Shown piece after piece: positions 11,501-19,460 of a DNA stretch of 64,000 nucleotides; the stretch's first letter is position 1, and each line of letters begins with the position of its first letter. A program made the translations under genes and the position numbers. The stretch comes from Rhynchopus sp. YZ270_cl-10 (Eukaryota). The notes beneath the pieces are model-generated. The model searched no databases. It saw only the letters and a list, made by a program, of their open reading frames with translations, and had not been told where the DNA came from. The stretch lies in NCBI GenBank assembly GCA_964035575.1, contig OZ037838.1, positions 1,798,001-1,862,000 on the forward strand. Reading direction: 5' to 3'.

Positions 11501-12823
11501 TGGTCATGTCGCCCCAGAAGCATGGTCAAGATCATCTCCCTTAAGAACGTGGTCGATGGTGCCTTCCCGAGTGACATCATTGCCCAAGGCGTGGTGAACC
11601 CAGAAAACCCTGACGCAGACACGCACAGCATTGTTGGGAACCTGGACAAGGACGACTTTGCGTTGTCCGACGGCCGCTACCAGTTTGAGCTGCGCTTCAC
11701 ATACCAGTCAGGGGAAGAGTCTGTATTTGTGTGGACGCAGACTTCATGGTTGACAAATCCTGTAATCACAGGGTTTGTACCTGCGAACATGGCCACGCTG
11801 CTGTGGTTCAACAGAAAGGCTTGGGGCACAGGGGAAGGCACACTGCACCAAACGCTGTACATTCACAAGCCGTCCCAGGTGATCCTCTCTCTGAAGGACG
11901 TGGCGGATGGCCTGTTCACAAGTGGAATGCTTGCCACCGGTCTGGAGAACGAAAACAACCCTGAGGCAAACGCGCACAGCATCATCGGGACGCTGCACAG
12001 GGGGGACCTCATGCATGGGAGTGGCTACTACATGTTCAAGATGCACTACAAACTGCTCAGTGGTGAGGAACAGTTGTACACTTGGAGGCAGTCGTCGTGG
12101 ATGACGGACAGCACGGTTGCGGGGTACACACCTGTGGACATCCCTGACCTGTACCCTGCGTTTATTGGGCTGCACTATGCCATTTCCCCTTACACATACT
12201 TGCGTTGCTCGGGAGGGGGCTCAACTTGGTGGTACACGGGTATGGGTGCAGTTCGGGTATGGGGTACAGGAGCTCGCGCGGGCATTCCTGTAGCGACAAT
12301 TGGTTCAGTGGACCTCGTCGCAACAAGCCAAAAGCTATACATATACGAGCCGGAGCAGCTGAAGATCCTCTCGCTGAAGAAAGGCAGCGGCACGTTCCCA
12401 AGCGACATCTCCAACAGCGGTGTCGTGAACCCGGCAGACCCTGACGCACATCAGTACAGCATCATCGGGAAGCTGGACAAGGACAAATTCGTTCACGCAG
12501 GTGGCTTCTACAAGTTCAAGCTGCACTACGAAATGTCAGGTGGAACGGAACAGGTGTACGTGTGGACACAGACGTCGTGGTTGACGGATCCCACCGTTAC
12601 AGGATTTGTCTTAATCGTGGGTCCGCCCGGATCTGCGTCCCCTGCGTTTACTGGGTTGGGATTATCCGGCACCCCTGACAAAACCTACTTGGACACTAAC
12701 GGGGGTGTTTCGCATTATTACCACGCTATTGGCATAATACAGCTTTGGAACGGCGGTATCCCTGTCACCACCACAACAGTTGCTGTGAGTCAGACATTGT
12801 ATGTGTTCCCTCCTCAGGAATGA
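2558..12823 (+). CDS. Giant (3421 aa) predicted secreted protein: signal peptide, His-Me-finger/non-specific endonuclease-like domain, long beta-rich region, hydrophobic helical segment, HYR-like repeats, Cys-rich module, 3 fibrinogen-C-like repeats
   Basis: 10.3-kb uninterrupted ORF with coding-like GC. Hydrophobic N-terminus MSVLGTVLALCLSSA; EWLHRVAHS...NLMFGTNHANSQMMTYE (4217-4324); RTWTATDSCGN (10781-10813) and VQIITVRDETAP; CECDFACVSNVC...C (~11380-11510); three NPxxPDAxxxSIIGxL...YxFKLxY...WTQTSWLT repeats (11521-12820). The ORF is certain; domain names are inferred from motifs. Confidence 0.85.
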   Translation: MSVLGTVLALCLSSAPIKCKVGSIVGDPDALKKECNERATLACLSYLPGTDTSDCKVSKDGNCVPVCDTPMFCAGTKPGAAGVCESVFFAYQFGSAETNAQIADLLPKATEYAKQFTRTKNYFNLGLDYHFVRITPQNNKGFILEATLKTTVETDELVCAEPENMPKGFISCTTIATRDAGVRTIRMVVQMSNKMTLRPFRGLWLATQKDDKDAAVRVFSTTVDGMSRDGMSKVPAEPFDFTHEVTEENPGVILWPVVDTAGEDGEKAIYYSSYELSTTEYVGVSMKLLHAIATAAVDEEPLLAAAEKALGITSKTNDKKGCYVIKYIKRANVEYCNVRPFAVTEKGCLYESVLKDLLESMATAAPPRHDSLNPLGRFATDVNIQVHFTSGDAAKDTNLKDRLTDRIQEKFDELISKDIWECGFEFVPNPPSIDEWFLTFRSRAENYKLDIYQKKSHNTGKYQDLMKRTYVDSTEDDRKSLDWSSSTEPCPSTKNAIESAVTAAGSIDDLMEKLHTMKDPGSTARVSPATLMANTPANAAAKACSGLDPKQHYEWLHRVAHSIADRAADDPRNLMFGTNHANSQMMTYEHVARNLPNNILSTSIKYEKDGDPVFAPLYLTYDVVCGGDPWFLLTFNLRSPRRPSVLNNLVAYQLVAMQKEELLTKCEALSPKIKKHKASTRKAAVLAEGSEALRIQLGLIQLELSPLVSEPTQAISDRYEELKKHFSETMDFDEEFANAVVKVGTAATAEHAFTIISYVVEQTTPVVHFSMLTTADGTDLVTTTLGFGLSDQSLLIATGSVGTTEVMVSGKAALKTTFDFIPTIALAESDVVVLAVFQDVYTLEGLQDSSKLRYVEYIHELSTGGTDVYVPTTTEEAAQRSTTGLMIHSPLTLAVGVSALPDDGGTLHYNLHPFFRASGTLAWKRPGQDVQSVDLSAYGAYSTGGPAVFGGGMYNLNLKELFDVNVIVRSLTFQVTMAPLSAMVSADIDLGNGHDVIVAGEYIDGQIFAYGSAVVDVTLRDLQKWFNDQSDTTDDDVQDVPSGVPELHITELGVSLCQESHLFASGHSCPKGVALRAGAVYEDGKASALLVFDETSLYVAVTLANFRIGSALLREAFLFFTLTTSGDITLEIFAFVELSQATFSVGGVFSTGSAEAGPWVYVHGELGGMTADDIAAALSYLTGVEYEPLAALSSIELKEASLSICTYPAEDDSVCTQGVHLAGDVGFGEEGWVQNAKGTFSVSWTDAVDDTPSTVSVKAFVEIKFNEHTLILDSTYTTEGGLTLKGNLVGDVTAADLVALYRQFTSSERIDDSQIPEVTVRNVGVSFSWSEQEGASFTATGEVQITDKLIINPLNITISKTGLEFLCHMDEIATFGILEVTDFNFLFILNTATPTNPVLKADAQLDVVTSDSTITFEVSYVLFGAARLEAHGLNANFRDLIGFVEKMLGTEIVTDTTLLSGIAITDVVIEYTPESEDVVRSGVVLTVTYTLFGAEHVMHVSGVGARFDYCFGHCSAAVRDPYTTIWGNVTIGPAAKGIGVKLDFTAELLTLEGIMYVASSVFKTKDDADSVRDDFNEDPSVSSFGVAGATLSVSLSSKEVAFGVEGTIQKRNDQGTFEDTEIVTLATSISYTFATGWFTFEIRGYFSPYPLIDGVVDENANFQILSLSEPLTPTSVGPNYESDTKTKGGFLYFSLSRTPLLSFEVGGELSMRICVDDCKALSADDKEWLVMHGNLALRLRNGGIFVHGRLVLDATFTPSLFGLQFITISNLIVGVDLDLEAEGLPTGMEFGGSVCLGPPTNCENNTSPRIDGYIYVGYNIAKLDENYLLMAVNDLTVSNLIDVVGTYFKEGTSERLKDLLPEKLLDSGLSAVETDCNTAVKPPNLPLVCHGTSTEQSKECTDALKQHFNKKCYAYFSFAAMQKTLTFQSEIITIEQGLSFSGKLNFFGWEGEQTFTFAPSGFEIGGEFQNVDLTIGDSTILQIGERFDANGEVTGNPRLYAAINVDGLNISVHGACSIPMLGATAQVRVDIDNVGFYASASLQLGEFLTIDDATLQWNWDRTYFKASLSRFDFANVLAENVLLEYTAAGDDAADDVPDNTIIFSGKFTITNMWADTFLQLTWDSDEDVEFMDASYSFEIDYSPFGVSTVQGEGKVEKFQFFALEFVNEIVVPAAKLMGGFIGTVLWEAATLVFSIVSRAVETVVKIWEDLKRGEAFGIILELGTYLSDNLMAVGDALENIGIPFIGELYKFASNVVSAVVGFFSFLWTGGKSDEIMDFPLAHLPVDPDYNCGQVQTMRLHYSWFGLVATWIPVGVPHSDPVCVQKTEEALQEVELERKRVAGLDASIKKAKGANPWYQGYIDGEVDAGLVVEDPTLTFSLDTEEVQTRTVRTRLTAFAGENGAATEENADIVVSARFGETFEVSAGEEAVTSAALRHQVGVSHNTELQGLAREVYESNGMGDGNMAPFTRPTLHMPEGANPLPVFRCNVDDEDQEVGFDTPYITTDDRCSTDTIVTRLKTRRLPPSCVNRDHPTCVCGSEFIEVSWSGRDSPRCGGVTAVLKTVLKLEPRMDYDTFTFPEDRTITTAELLDSDELGFPVANTLCSKSVTMVKTDTIIAGTGCEWTVKRVWGLSHSVPATMNCTDTNSHLPSLEYVQIITVRDETAPVWIHLPDSLLYLPFNFHSSTETGVPIAEEQTHMNTMLSFASYPTTLEVVDGPLERQVPDLDDDLWCRSHGLARMQRTWTATDSCGNSRLFEQTLVFEHYISGSNTIQGPLQHGQYSIATGVQEMGSVCDQHHLVRMYDGPRFFDPLDGAPHGTHHICADTEWDGDGCRLLTGAALSEEYVHVTKPQFTSAVSPVTVTSSEASKWWETAPDWEEAYCEGKHLRVHSDVSYAVPDVADRCEVRRIEREWSLRDVDTGCNDAQFVQTVEVVPAYPLGHACECDFACVSNVCVDHSCVVCRADADCAHDALFSVCDTELWSCRPRSMVKIISLKNVVDGAFPSDIIAQGVVNPENPDADTHSIVGNLDKDDFALSDGRYQFELRFTYQSGEESVFVWTQTSWLTNPVITGFVPANMATLLWFNRKAWGTGEGTLHQTLYIHKPSQVILSLKDVADGLFTSGMLATGLENENNPEANAHSIIGTLHRGDLMHGSGYYMFKMHYKLLSGEEQLYTWRQSSWMTDSTVAGYTPVDIPDLYPAFIGLHYAISPYTYLRCSGGGSTWWYTGMGAVRVWGTGARAGIPVATIGSVDLVATSQKLYIYEPEQLKILSLKKGSGTFPSDISNSGVVNPADPDAHQYSIIGKLDKDKFVHAGGFYKFKLHYEMSGGTEQVYVWTQTSWLTDPTVTGFVLIVGPPGSASPAFTGLGLSGTPDKTYLDTNGGVSHYYHAIGIIQLWNGGIPVTTTTVAVSQTLYVFPPQE

Positions 12824-14424
12824 CACTGTCCTGTGTGTTGAGAGCAGTGTGCAAAGGTAGTTGTTGTTTTTGTTTTTGTTTTTGTTTTTGTTTTTGTTTT
12901 TGTTTTTGTTTTTGTTTTTGTTTTTTGTTTCTTTTTCAATTTTATCAAAATCCGTTTTTTTTTTTGTTCCTTTTCCCCCTATTTCTGAACACGCCACCCC
13001 TCCCTGGGTGACCCCTCCTCCCCCAGCTCTATTTTTAAAAGTATAATTTTGTGTGCTTCTGATGCAGCAATGCTGCGTCGTTTAGAGATGTGCACTTTTG
13101 GTGGCGAGTGTCTGCATCCGAAAGATGTCTGCATTTCGTTTCCGACTTCACCTTTGTTTCTGGTTCGGGGTCGGTGTTTTTTTGTATCCCTTTTTGTTTT
13201 TTTTACCAGGACAAATGCAGGTACTTTGTGGTGGGAAATGATAAACGTCTTAGACTTGTTATTTACCTCCTCCTCCCTCTCCGTTTGTGTCCCTGTTCCC
13301 CTTTTGTTTGCCCTCCCATCCGTGTGTAAAGTATGTTTATAATGTGACAGTACGATTCGTCACCCACAAGGCACTGGCCTGAATTGTCGGTTCGCATTTC
13401 AGGGATTTTACGAACTCAGCAAAGCACGTAAAATACTTAAGCTGCACAGTTTTCCTGAAACCTTAGCTCAGAGTCTCTCCGCTAGTTTTATGTGAATTGT
13501 TTTATGCGGACTGCAGACACAGAGGTGCACGTGTGTTTGTGCCCACCCCTTCGCGGCTGTACGCGACTGTGTTCTCTTTTCTCCATTCCACTCCACTCCA
13601 CTCCACTCCACTCCACCCCACTCCACCTTCATCCAACCTTGCCTGGTTCACAGCAACCCAGGGAAGGTGTAGCGATACATTGTTTGCGAAAGGAACAAAG
13701 CTGTCTCTCCATGCACCACGTCCTTCGATGCATCGCAGATGTGTTTAGCATGGAAGCAGAGACGAGCACGGTTCTCGTTGCTCGCATGTTGAGCACTCCA
13801 ACCACTATCAGCAACCTTGTTTCCTTTCATTGTTTATGTTTAAATGTTGATGAGATGTGCAAAATAGCAAACGATGCAACACAAAGCGATAGAAAATACA
13901 AACTGGAACGAAAACCACACAAACAGATGCATTTTTGCACGAACATCAAGTCAGCACGTGACTAGGATGCTTGTAACGCTTCATATCACAGTGATGCGTC
14001 CCACCACTGTGAAGGAGTTGCAACACTCTGTTTTGTACTTCACTCTCATATTCGTATTAGCCCTGCTTTGCCAACAACGTTTTGTTGTCCACACTCTTCT
14101 GCTCCACTTCGAACACAACGCTGTTTTTTTAAATTCTTTGTTCATTTTTGCAAAGAAGGTGTTGTGTCCCCTGCTCCTTCCCTCCCTCACTCCCTCACTC
14201 CCTCCCTCCCTCCCTCCCAGCTCCACTCTTGTGGCTCATGTTGTGGTCTTCATATCTTCCTCCGTGCACCGCACCTATCGAGGTCAGATGTTCTCTCTGA
14301 CTCAAGAACCACCAAAGATGCTAATCCCACGCAATCTTTGAACATTTCCTCCCACCCCTCCCCCATGCGCTCCAACAAAGGAACGAGAAGCAATAGTATC
14401 AGAGATGAGGTTTTGTGTATCAGT
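12119..14424 (+). repeat. Copy 2 of tandem segmental duplication
   Basis: Matches 1-2421. Confidence 0.92.
12865..12929. repeat. (TTTTTG)n microsatellite in the 3' flank of the giant gene
   Basis: Read directly; a shorter (TTG)n/(TTTTTG)n version lies at ~734-770. Confidence 0.9.
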
Positions 14425-14529
14425 TTTGAGAAGCAAAAAGAATGTATAGGGGTGTATTGAAATATTTTTATTGTTTTTTTTGTTATCTTGAAAATGGTGC
14501 ACCAGAGCCAGTACACAGTGATATTGCGT

Positions 14530-14645
14530 GCCATGTGGCAGGCCATTTGACCCACCGCAGGAAGGCTGCTCTTTCATCAGTGCTGTCGCAGTAGTGCTTC
14601 TGCCACACACCTTTCCCACCCCACCCTGCAGACACACACACCACC
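14530..14645 (+). promoter_or_regulatory. Conserved 5' leader of the receptor genes with a putative (trans-)splice acceptor ...CCTTTCCCACCCCACCCTGCAG|ACACACACACCACC-ATG
   Basis: Same ~115-bp block precedes all four copies (also ~28700-28816, ~33350-33467, ~49372-49493): a C-rich tract plus AG 14-18 nt upstream of the ATG. Function is inferred. Confidence 0.5.
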
Positions 14646-17078
14646 ATGGAAATACGTAAGTTCAAACCGACATGCACAATCAATCTGACATGGCTTATTG
14701 CCATGGCGACAGCATTCTCCACGTGTGCGTCGATTGCCGGCGGGATGATCATGTACTTCGAGTCTGTCGCAGCGCTGGAGAAGACGATCGAAGAAGTGTC
14801 CGGTGCTGAATGTTCGGGGATCCAGCTTGAGCTCTTGAAGAGTATTGAGGAGACAGAGTCCATTGTGTACAAGACTCATAAGTTTTTGTATACACCTGTG
14901 ATCAAGTCCCAAGGTCCTATCGTGGCAGACGAAAATGGGTTCCTGAATGTCTCGAAGTCGGACAGCACTGACTGGGTTGAGATGCTTCGGCGCTACAAGT
15001 TTGGCACAATCCGGCGCAGCAATTACCTTTACTCCATCGGTGTTGTGCTGGTGCCTCACGTGAGGACGGACTCGGCTGGCATCTACACGAACGTGTGGTA
15101 CGATCTCACCGCGCGTCAGGAACGTGAGTTTGTTTGGGGCCGCTCTGGGAACATGATTGAAGGATCAAACAACACACATCTGACACTGGCACGAACAGAC
15201 AAGCTGGACGAGGAGTCTGGCGAGATTACTGGGTTTGCGTACAACTTCCCTGCCATCGGACGGTTCATTGACTACGAAAAAAACTGGTCTCCCAATGGGT
15301 CCAATGAAGTCGACTTCTCCACGTGGCCTGCAGACTACGCGCCACGTGGCTGGTCGCAGGGCACCTATGACTCACAAATCCAGCGCTGGCGCCAGCCCCT
15401 TCCTTGGTACGCCTCGGACAACAACCCTTACGTGTACAGCTCATATGACGTTGTCTTCGCACCCCCACCCCCACCACACCCGTGGTCGGCTTACAAGTAC
15501 ATCTACATCAGCGGCTTCTTCATCTTCACGTCTTGGGAGGAGGCTGTTGCCCAGTACGGACAGGACCACCCGGGAACAGAAGTAATCGTCTTCGACGCGA
15601 CCACCGAGTTCGTGTATGCTACTTCAGACAATAGAACTATGATCGACAAGTCATGCATTGCGGGTGGGCGCACGGACACGCCACTGGATGATTGTGTTGT
15701 GACTATTTCGCACATGCCCAAGGTGATGCAGGACGCGTGGAAGGAAGTCAAAGACGAGGAGGACACCTTTCGCATCACTGATCTCGACGGCGAGAAGCAC
15801 TTCGTGCGCAGGGCACCCCTCTTCCGCTTCACGCCCGAGGGAGGCAAAGACGAGAGCATCCCTGCACCCATGAACGCCTGCATCCTCTGGGTGCGCCCGT
15901 ACTCCTCTGTCGAGGGTGAGGTGAAGAACGCGCTGTACCTCTTGATCGGCTTCTCTGCCGCAGTGTTGATCCTGGACGTGGTGCTTGCAGTGTGTGAGGT
16001 GCTTGTGGTCGGTGTGCCGCTGATAAAGCTCTCTGCTGCGATGACACACCTGCACGACATGGACCTCGTCAACGCACTGCGGTGCACAGATGCCGCACGC
16101 ACACAGGCCATTGCTGTCACGCAGATCCGCAACGTGATCAACGGCCTTCTCTTCGCTGTGCGGAACCTTGAGCAGTACAAAGCGTTCCTCCCGTCGTCTC
16201 TTTTCCAGGAGGAGGACACCGACAACGATGGGTCGAGCGAGACTTCCGACACAAAGGATATTGTCAGCAGGGTAAGCAGCGTCTCCCGCCCACCTTCTGC
16301 ACACACAGGTGCGTCCCGCAGCAGTGCCGTTGTGCGCACAGGGAACGTGACGCAGCTGCAGACTGTGTCTGCCAAGGGTGCGCTGCTTGCGGTGCGTGTT
16401 GTTGCTGCGGAGGTGGGGCACGCGGAGTACACAACACTGATCGGATACCTGCAGGACGTTGTCTCAGCAAGGCGTGGGATGCTGCACGGTATCCAGGCTG
16501 TGGAGCACACTCTGTTCCACATCTCGTGGGGGCTGACAGCACGCTGCACGCTGTCCTCCTGTGTGAAGTACGCAAGCGAAGTCGCCTCGTTGCTGCCGAA
16601 TGCACCCACACGCGTGTCCTCTGCTATCGTGTCGGGCTCGTTCCATGTCGGCAACGTCGGGAACAGCACTCTGCGTGGTGTTGCTGTGTGCGGTACTGAA
16701 ACCTCAAAGCTGGCCGCCTTCCAAGCCTTCTCCGCACACTGCATGGTGCTGTCCAAGTCAGCTTCGGTGACAGTACTCAGCAGGAGGGCGGCTTCTGTTC
16801 TGGAGGGACAGTTCCTCACGCACTACCTGTGCAAATCCGACTCAGGTGACAGGATGTGCGAGCTTGGCGAACTGAACGTCCAGAGGAACGAGGAATGGAT
16901 GTACACACTGCAACACGACTTGTCCACAAGGGACCCCATACAGAGGCACGTAGAAGGTGCGATTGCCTTTGAGGATATGGCGAAGCAGCACATGACAGAT
17001 CTGCAACAACTTCTCTTCGAGTCAGCTGAAGACGTGAACATGGTGTGGTCTGTCGCCGGAAGGCTGGGCCCAGCATAA
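14646..17078 (+). CDS. Receptor-type nucleotide-cyclase-like membrane protein, copy A (810 aa): TM, ~390-aa extracellular domain, TM, HAMP-like linker, degenerate class III cyclase
   Basis: TM1 LTWLIAMATAFSTCASIAGGMIMYF; TM2 ALYLLIGFSAAVLILDVVLAVCEVLVVGVPL; coiled linker ending YKAFLPSSL; cyclase-like SAIVSGSFHVGNVGNSTLRGVAVCG; EEWMY motif as seen in euglenozoan cyclase-like families. Confidence 0.8.
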   Translation: MEIRKFKPTCTINLTWLIAMATAFSTCASIAGGMIMYFESVAALEKTIEEVSGAECSGIQLELLKSIEETESIVYKTHKFLYTPVIKSQGPIVADENGFLNVSKSDSTDWVEMLRRYKFGTIRRSNYLYSIGVVLVPHVRTDSAGIYTNVWYDLTARQEREFVWGRSGNMIEGSNNTHLTLARTDKLDEESGEITGFAYNFPAIGRFIDYEKNWSPNGSNEVDFSTWPADYAPRGWSQGTYDSQIQRWRQPLPWYASDNNPYVYSSYDVVFAPPPPPHPWSAYKYIYISGFFIFTSWEEAVAQYGQDHPGTEVIVFDATTEFVYATSDNRTMIDKSCIAGGRTDTPLDDCVVTISHMPKVMQDAWKEVKDEEDTFRITDLDGEKHFVRRAPLFRFTPEGGKDESIPAPMNACILWVRPYSSVEGEVKNALYLLIGFSAAVLILDVVLAVCEVLVVGVPLIKLSAAMTHLHDMDLVNALRCTDAARTQAIAVTQIRNVINGLLFAVRNLEQYKAFLPSSLFQEEDTDNDGSSETSDTKDIVSRVSSVSRPPSAHTGASRSSAVVRTGNVTQLQTVSAKGALLAVRVVAAEVGHAEYTTLIGYLQDVVSARRGMLHGIQAVEHTLFHISWGLTARCTLSSCVKYASEVASLLPNAPTRVSSAIVSGSFHVGNVGNSTLRGVAVCGTETSKLAAFQAFSAHCMVLSKSASVTVLSRRAASVLEGQFLTHYLCKSDSGDRMCELGELNVQRNEEWMYTLQHDLSTRDPIQRHVEGAIAFEDMAKQHMTDLQQLLFESAEDVNMVWSVAGRLGPA

Positions 17079-17264
17079 ATCCAACGTTTTTTTTTTCATG
17101 TCATATAGAAGGCAAAGTACCATATGTTGTGGGCAGCAAGAAAGCAGTTCATAATATATAATGTGGCACCGTCTGCTTATATTGTTTTCTTGCGTTTTTC
17201 ATCATTATTTTTTACGATTATATGTTCTAGTCTTATTTTCTGTTACTCTTGATTATTCATTTTT

Positions 17265-19070
17265 GGGGTAAGGACATTCTGGTACCCCCAAGTTTGACTT
17301 TTGGACAATTCAGACCCACAAGGTTTCGATAAAGACAATTCAGACCCACAAGGTTTACGATAAAGACAGTTCAGACCCACAAGGTTTACGATAAAGACAC
17401 TTCAGAACCACAAGGTTTGCATTTTGGACAGTTCAACCCCACAAGGTTTGCACTTTGGACAGTTCAGACCTTGTGGGTCTGAACTGTCCAAAATGCAAAC
17501 CTTGTGGTCTGAAGTGTCCAAAATGCAAACCTTGTGGTTCTGAACTGTCCAAAAGTCAAACCTTGTACGTGTTTTCTTCTTCTAAGGTGCTTGCTCTCCA
17601 TACCTAGACCCTCGAATTTTTTTTCTTGACCCCATACATATGGGTGCATTTCGACGATTTGAGGCCATTCAAAGCAAAAGTTGGCACTTTTGAGCATCTG
17701 CGGGGGTCTAAAACACGGTTTTGCGTACACCACGCTGGATGATAGGGGTCACATGATAGGTCACATCATGTGGCCATATATCAAGTTACACCGCAAAAAT
17801 CTACCAGACCCTGTCTTCGTACAACGCCGCAGACAGGCCAAACATGCGTTGGACTCAGAGGAATGCCTGCTGTGCAGGTATCAAACATGAGAACCAACTC
17901 CCAGCAACAAGGGGCGCCTTTTGGCGGGCGTTGTTGAGGGTGTTTGGGGTGCAAAGTTTTCCACAATTTTGATGCGCGGGTACAGAAGCGTTGTCTTGTT
18001 CTTTCATCTCTCGGAATTTAAATGTTCAATCGCGTTTAACTACCACTAGTCTAGGGCTTGTTCAGTGAACCCACGAGGGGTCGAAGGGGGTTGGTTATCC
18101 CATATCTATCAAAGGTTGTGTCGACCAGGCGAATCCACTATGTTACGCTGTATGATGATAAATCCGAAGAAATAACAACAGTGCATATGGCAGCGTCCGC
18201 AAACCACCCCCCCTTAAAGGTTATTATCAACTGCAGGAAGTTTGTTAAAAAGAGTGCCTCACGCTACACAAACCACCACCCGCGATTGACTTAGATGATA
18301 ACTAGAGAATTCAGAACAAAACAAACCCGCAAACCCGTAAACCCGCAAACCCGGGTTTACAGACTTTCCGGAAGTTTACAAAGGTCGAATTTCTTGCACT
18401 AGCTATGCTCCCTGGGTTAAATGGCAATAGCAGTGACTGACTTCTGAGAGAAACAGGGTACTTGAAACCCAATTTTCATTATTTTGGTGTAATCCTATGA
18501 GGGATGGGTGGGGAGGTGTGGGTGTGGGTGGGTGAAAAAAGGTGCACGAAGACAGGGTCTGGTAGATTTTTGCGGTGTAACTTGATATATGGCCACATGA
18601 TGTGACCTATCATGTGACCCCTATCATCCAGCGTGGTGTACGCAAAACCGTGTTTTAGACCCCCGCAGATGCTCAAAAGTGCCAACTTTTGCTTTGAATG
18701 GCCTCAAATCGTCGAAATGCACCCATATGTATGGGGTCAAGAAAAAAAATTCGAGGGTCTAGGTATGGAGAGCAAGCACCTTAGAAGAAGAAAACACGTA
18801 CAAGGTTTGACTTTTGGACAGTTCAGAACCACAAGGTTTGCATTTTGGACACTTCAGACCACAAGGTTTGCATTTTGGACAGTTCAGACCCACAAGGTTT
18901 GCATTTTGGACAGTTCAGACCCACAAGGTCTGAACTGTCCAAAGTGCAAACCTTGTGGTTCTGAAGTGTCTTTATCGTAAACCTTGTGGGTCTGAATTGT
19001 CTTTATCGAAACCTTGTGGGTCTGAATTGTCCAAAAGTCAAACTTGGGGGTACCAGAATGTCCTTACCCC
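17265..19070. mobile_element. Non-autonomous Mutator/foldback-like element with ~530-555-bp modular TIRs and a 9-bp TSD
   Basis: Termini GGGGTAAGGACATTCTGGTACCCCCAAG / CTTGGGGGTACCAGAATGTCCTTACCCC; TTCATTTTT at 17256-17264 and 19071-19079; arms ~17265-17820 and ~18546-19070 contain ~30-bp CAGACCCACAAGGTTT subrepeats. Confidence 0.85.
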
Positions 19071-19189
19071 TTCATTTTTTATGTCCTGTTGCTTTTTCAG
19101 AAGGCGACCAAGCAAAGGGAATACCCCGGGAAAGAAGCAATATAGCAATTGAGTTTTTCCCTGATCTTTCCCCTCTTTTAATGTTTATT

Positions 19190-19460
19190 CATGGGTGTAC
19201 AAAGTACTCGAGCACTCGAGCACTCGAGCACTCGAGCACTCGAAACTGAAAAAAATGGGCACGTACTCCGAGTACTCGCCCACCTATTTTTTTATTTTTG
19301 AAAAATAAAAAATACTCGTTCTCGGTTCTTCGGTACTTTTTGAGTACTCGATTTTGTGGGAAAAGTGGGAAAAAAACTCAAACAGCGCTTTTTTTTCTCC
19401 CATGATATTGAGCACTTGAAAACAACAGAAAAGAGTACCCGAGTATTTTGTACATCCATG
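19190..19460. mobile_element. MITE-like element, imperfect TIR CATGGGTGTACAAAGTACTCG, internal (CACTCGAG)n
   Basis: Right end CGAGTATTTTGTACATCCATG is an imperfect reverse complement of the left end; no clean TSD. Confidence 0.5.

Noticed and set aside
17300..17560. ~30-bp periodic repeats as a CRISPR array
   Set aside because: Head-to-tail units without unique spacers, lying inside a TIR.
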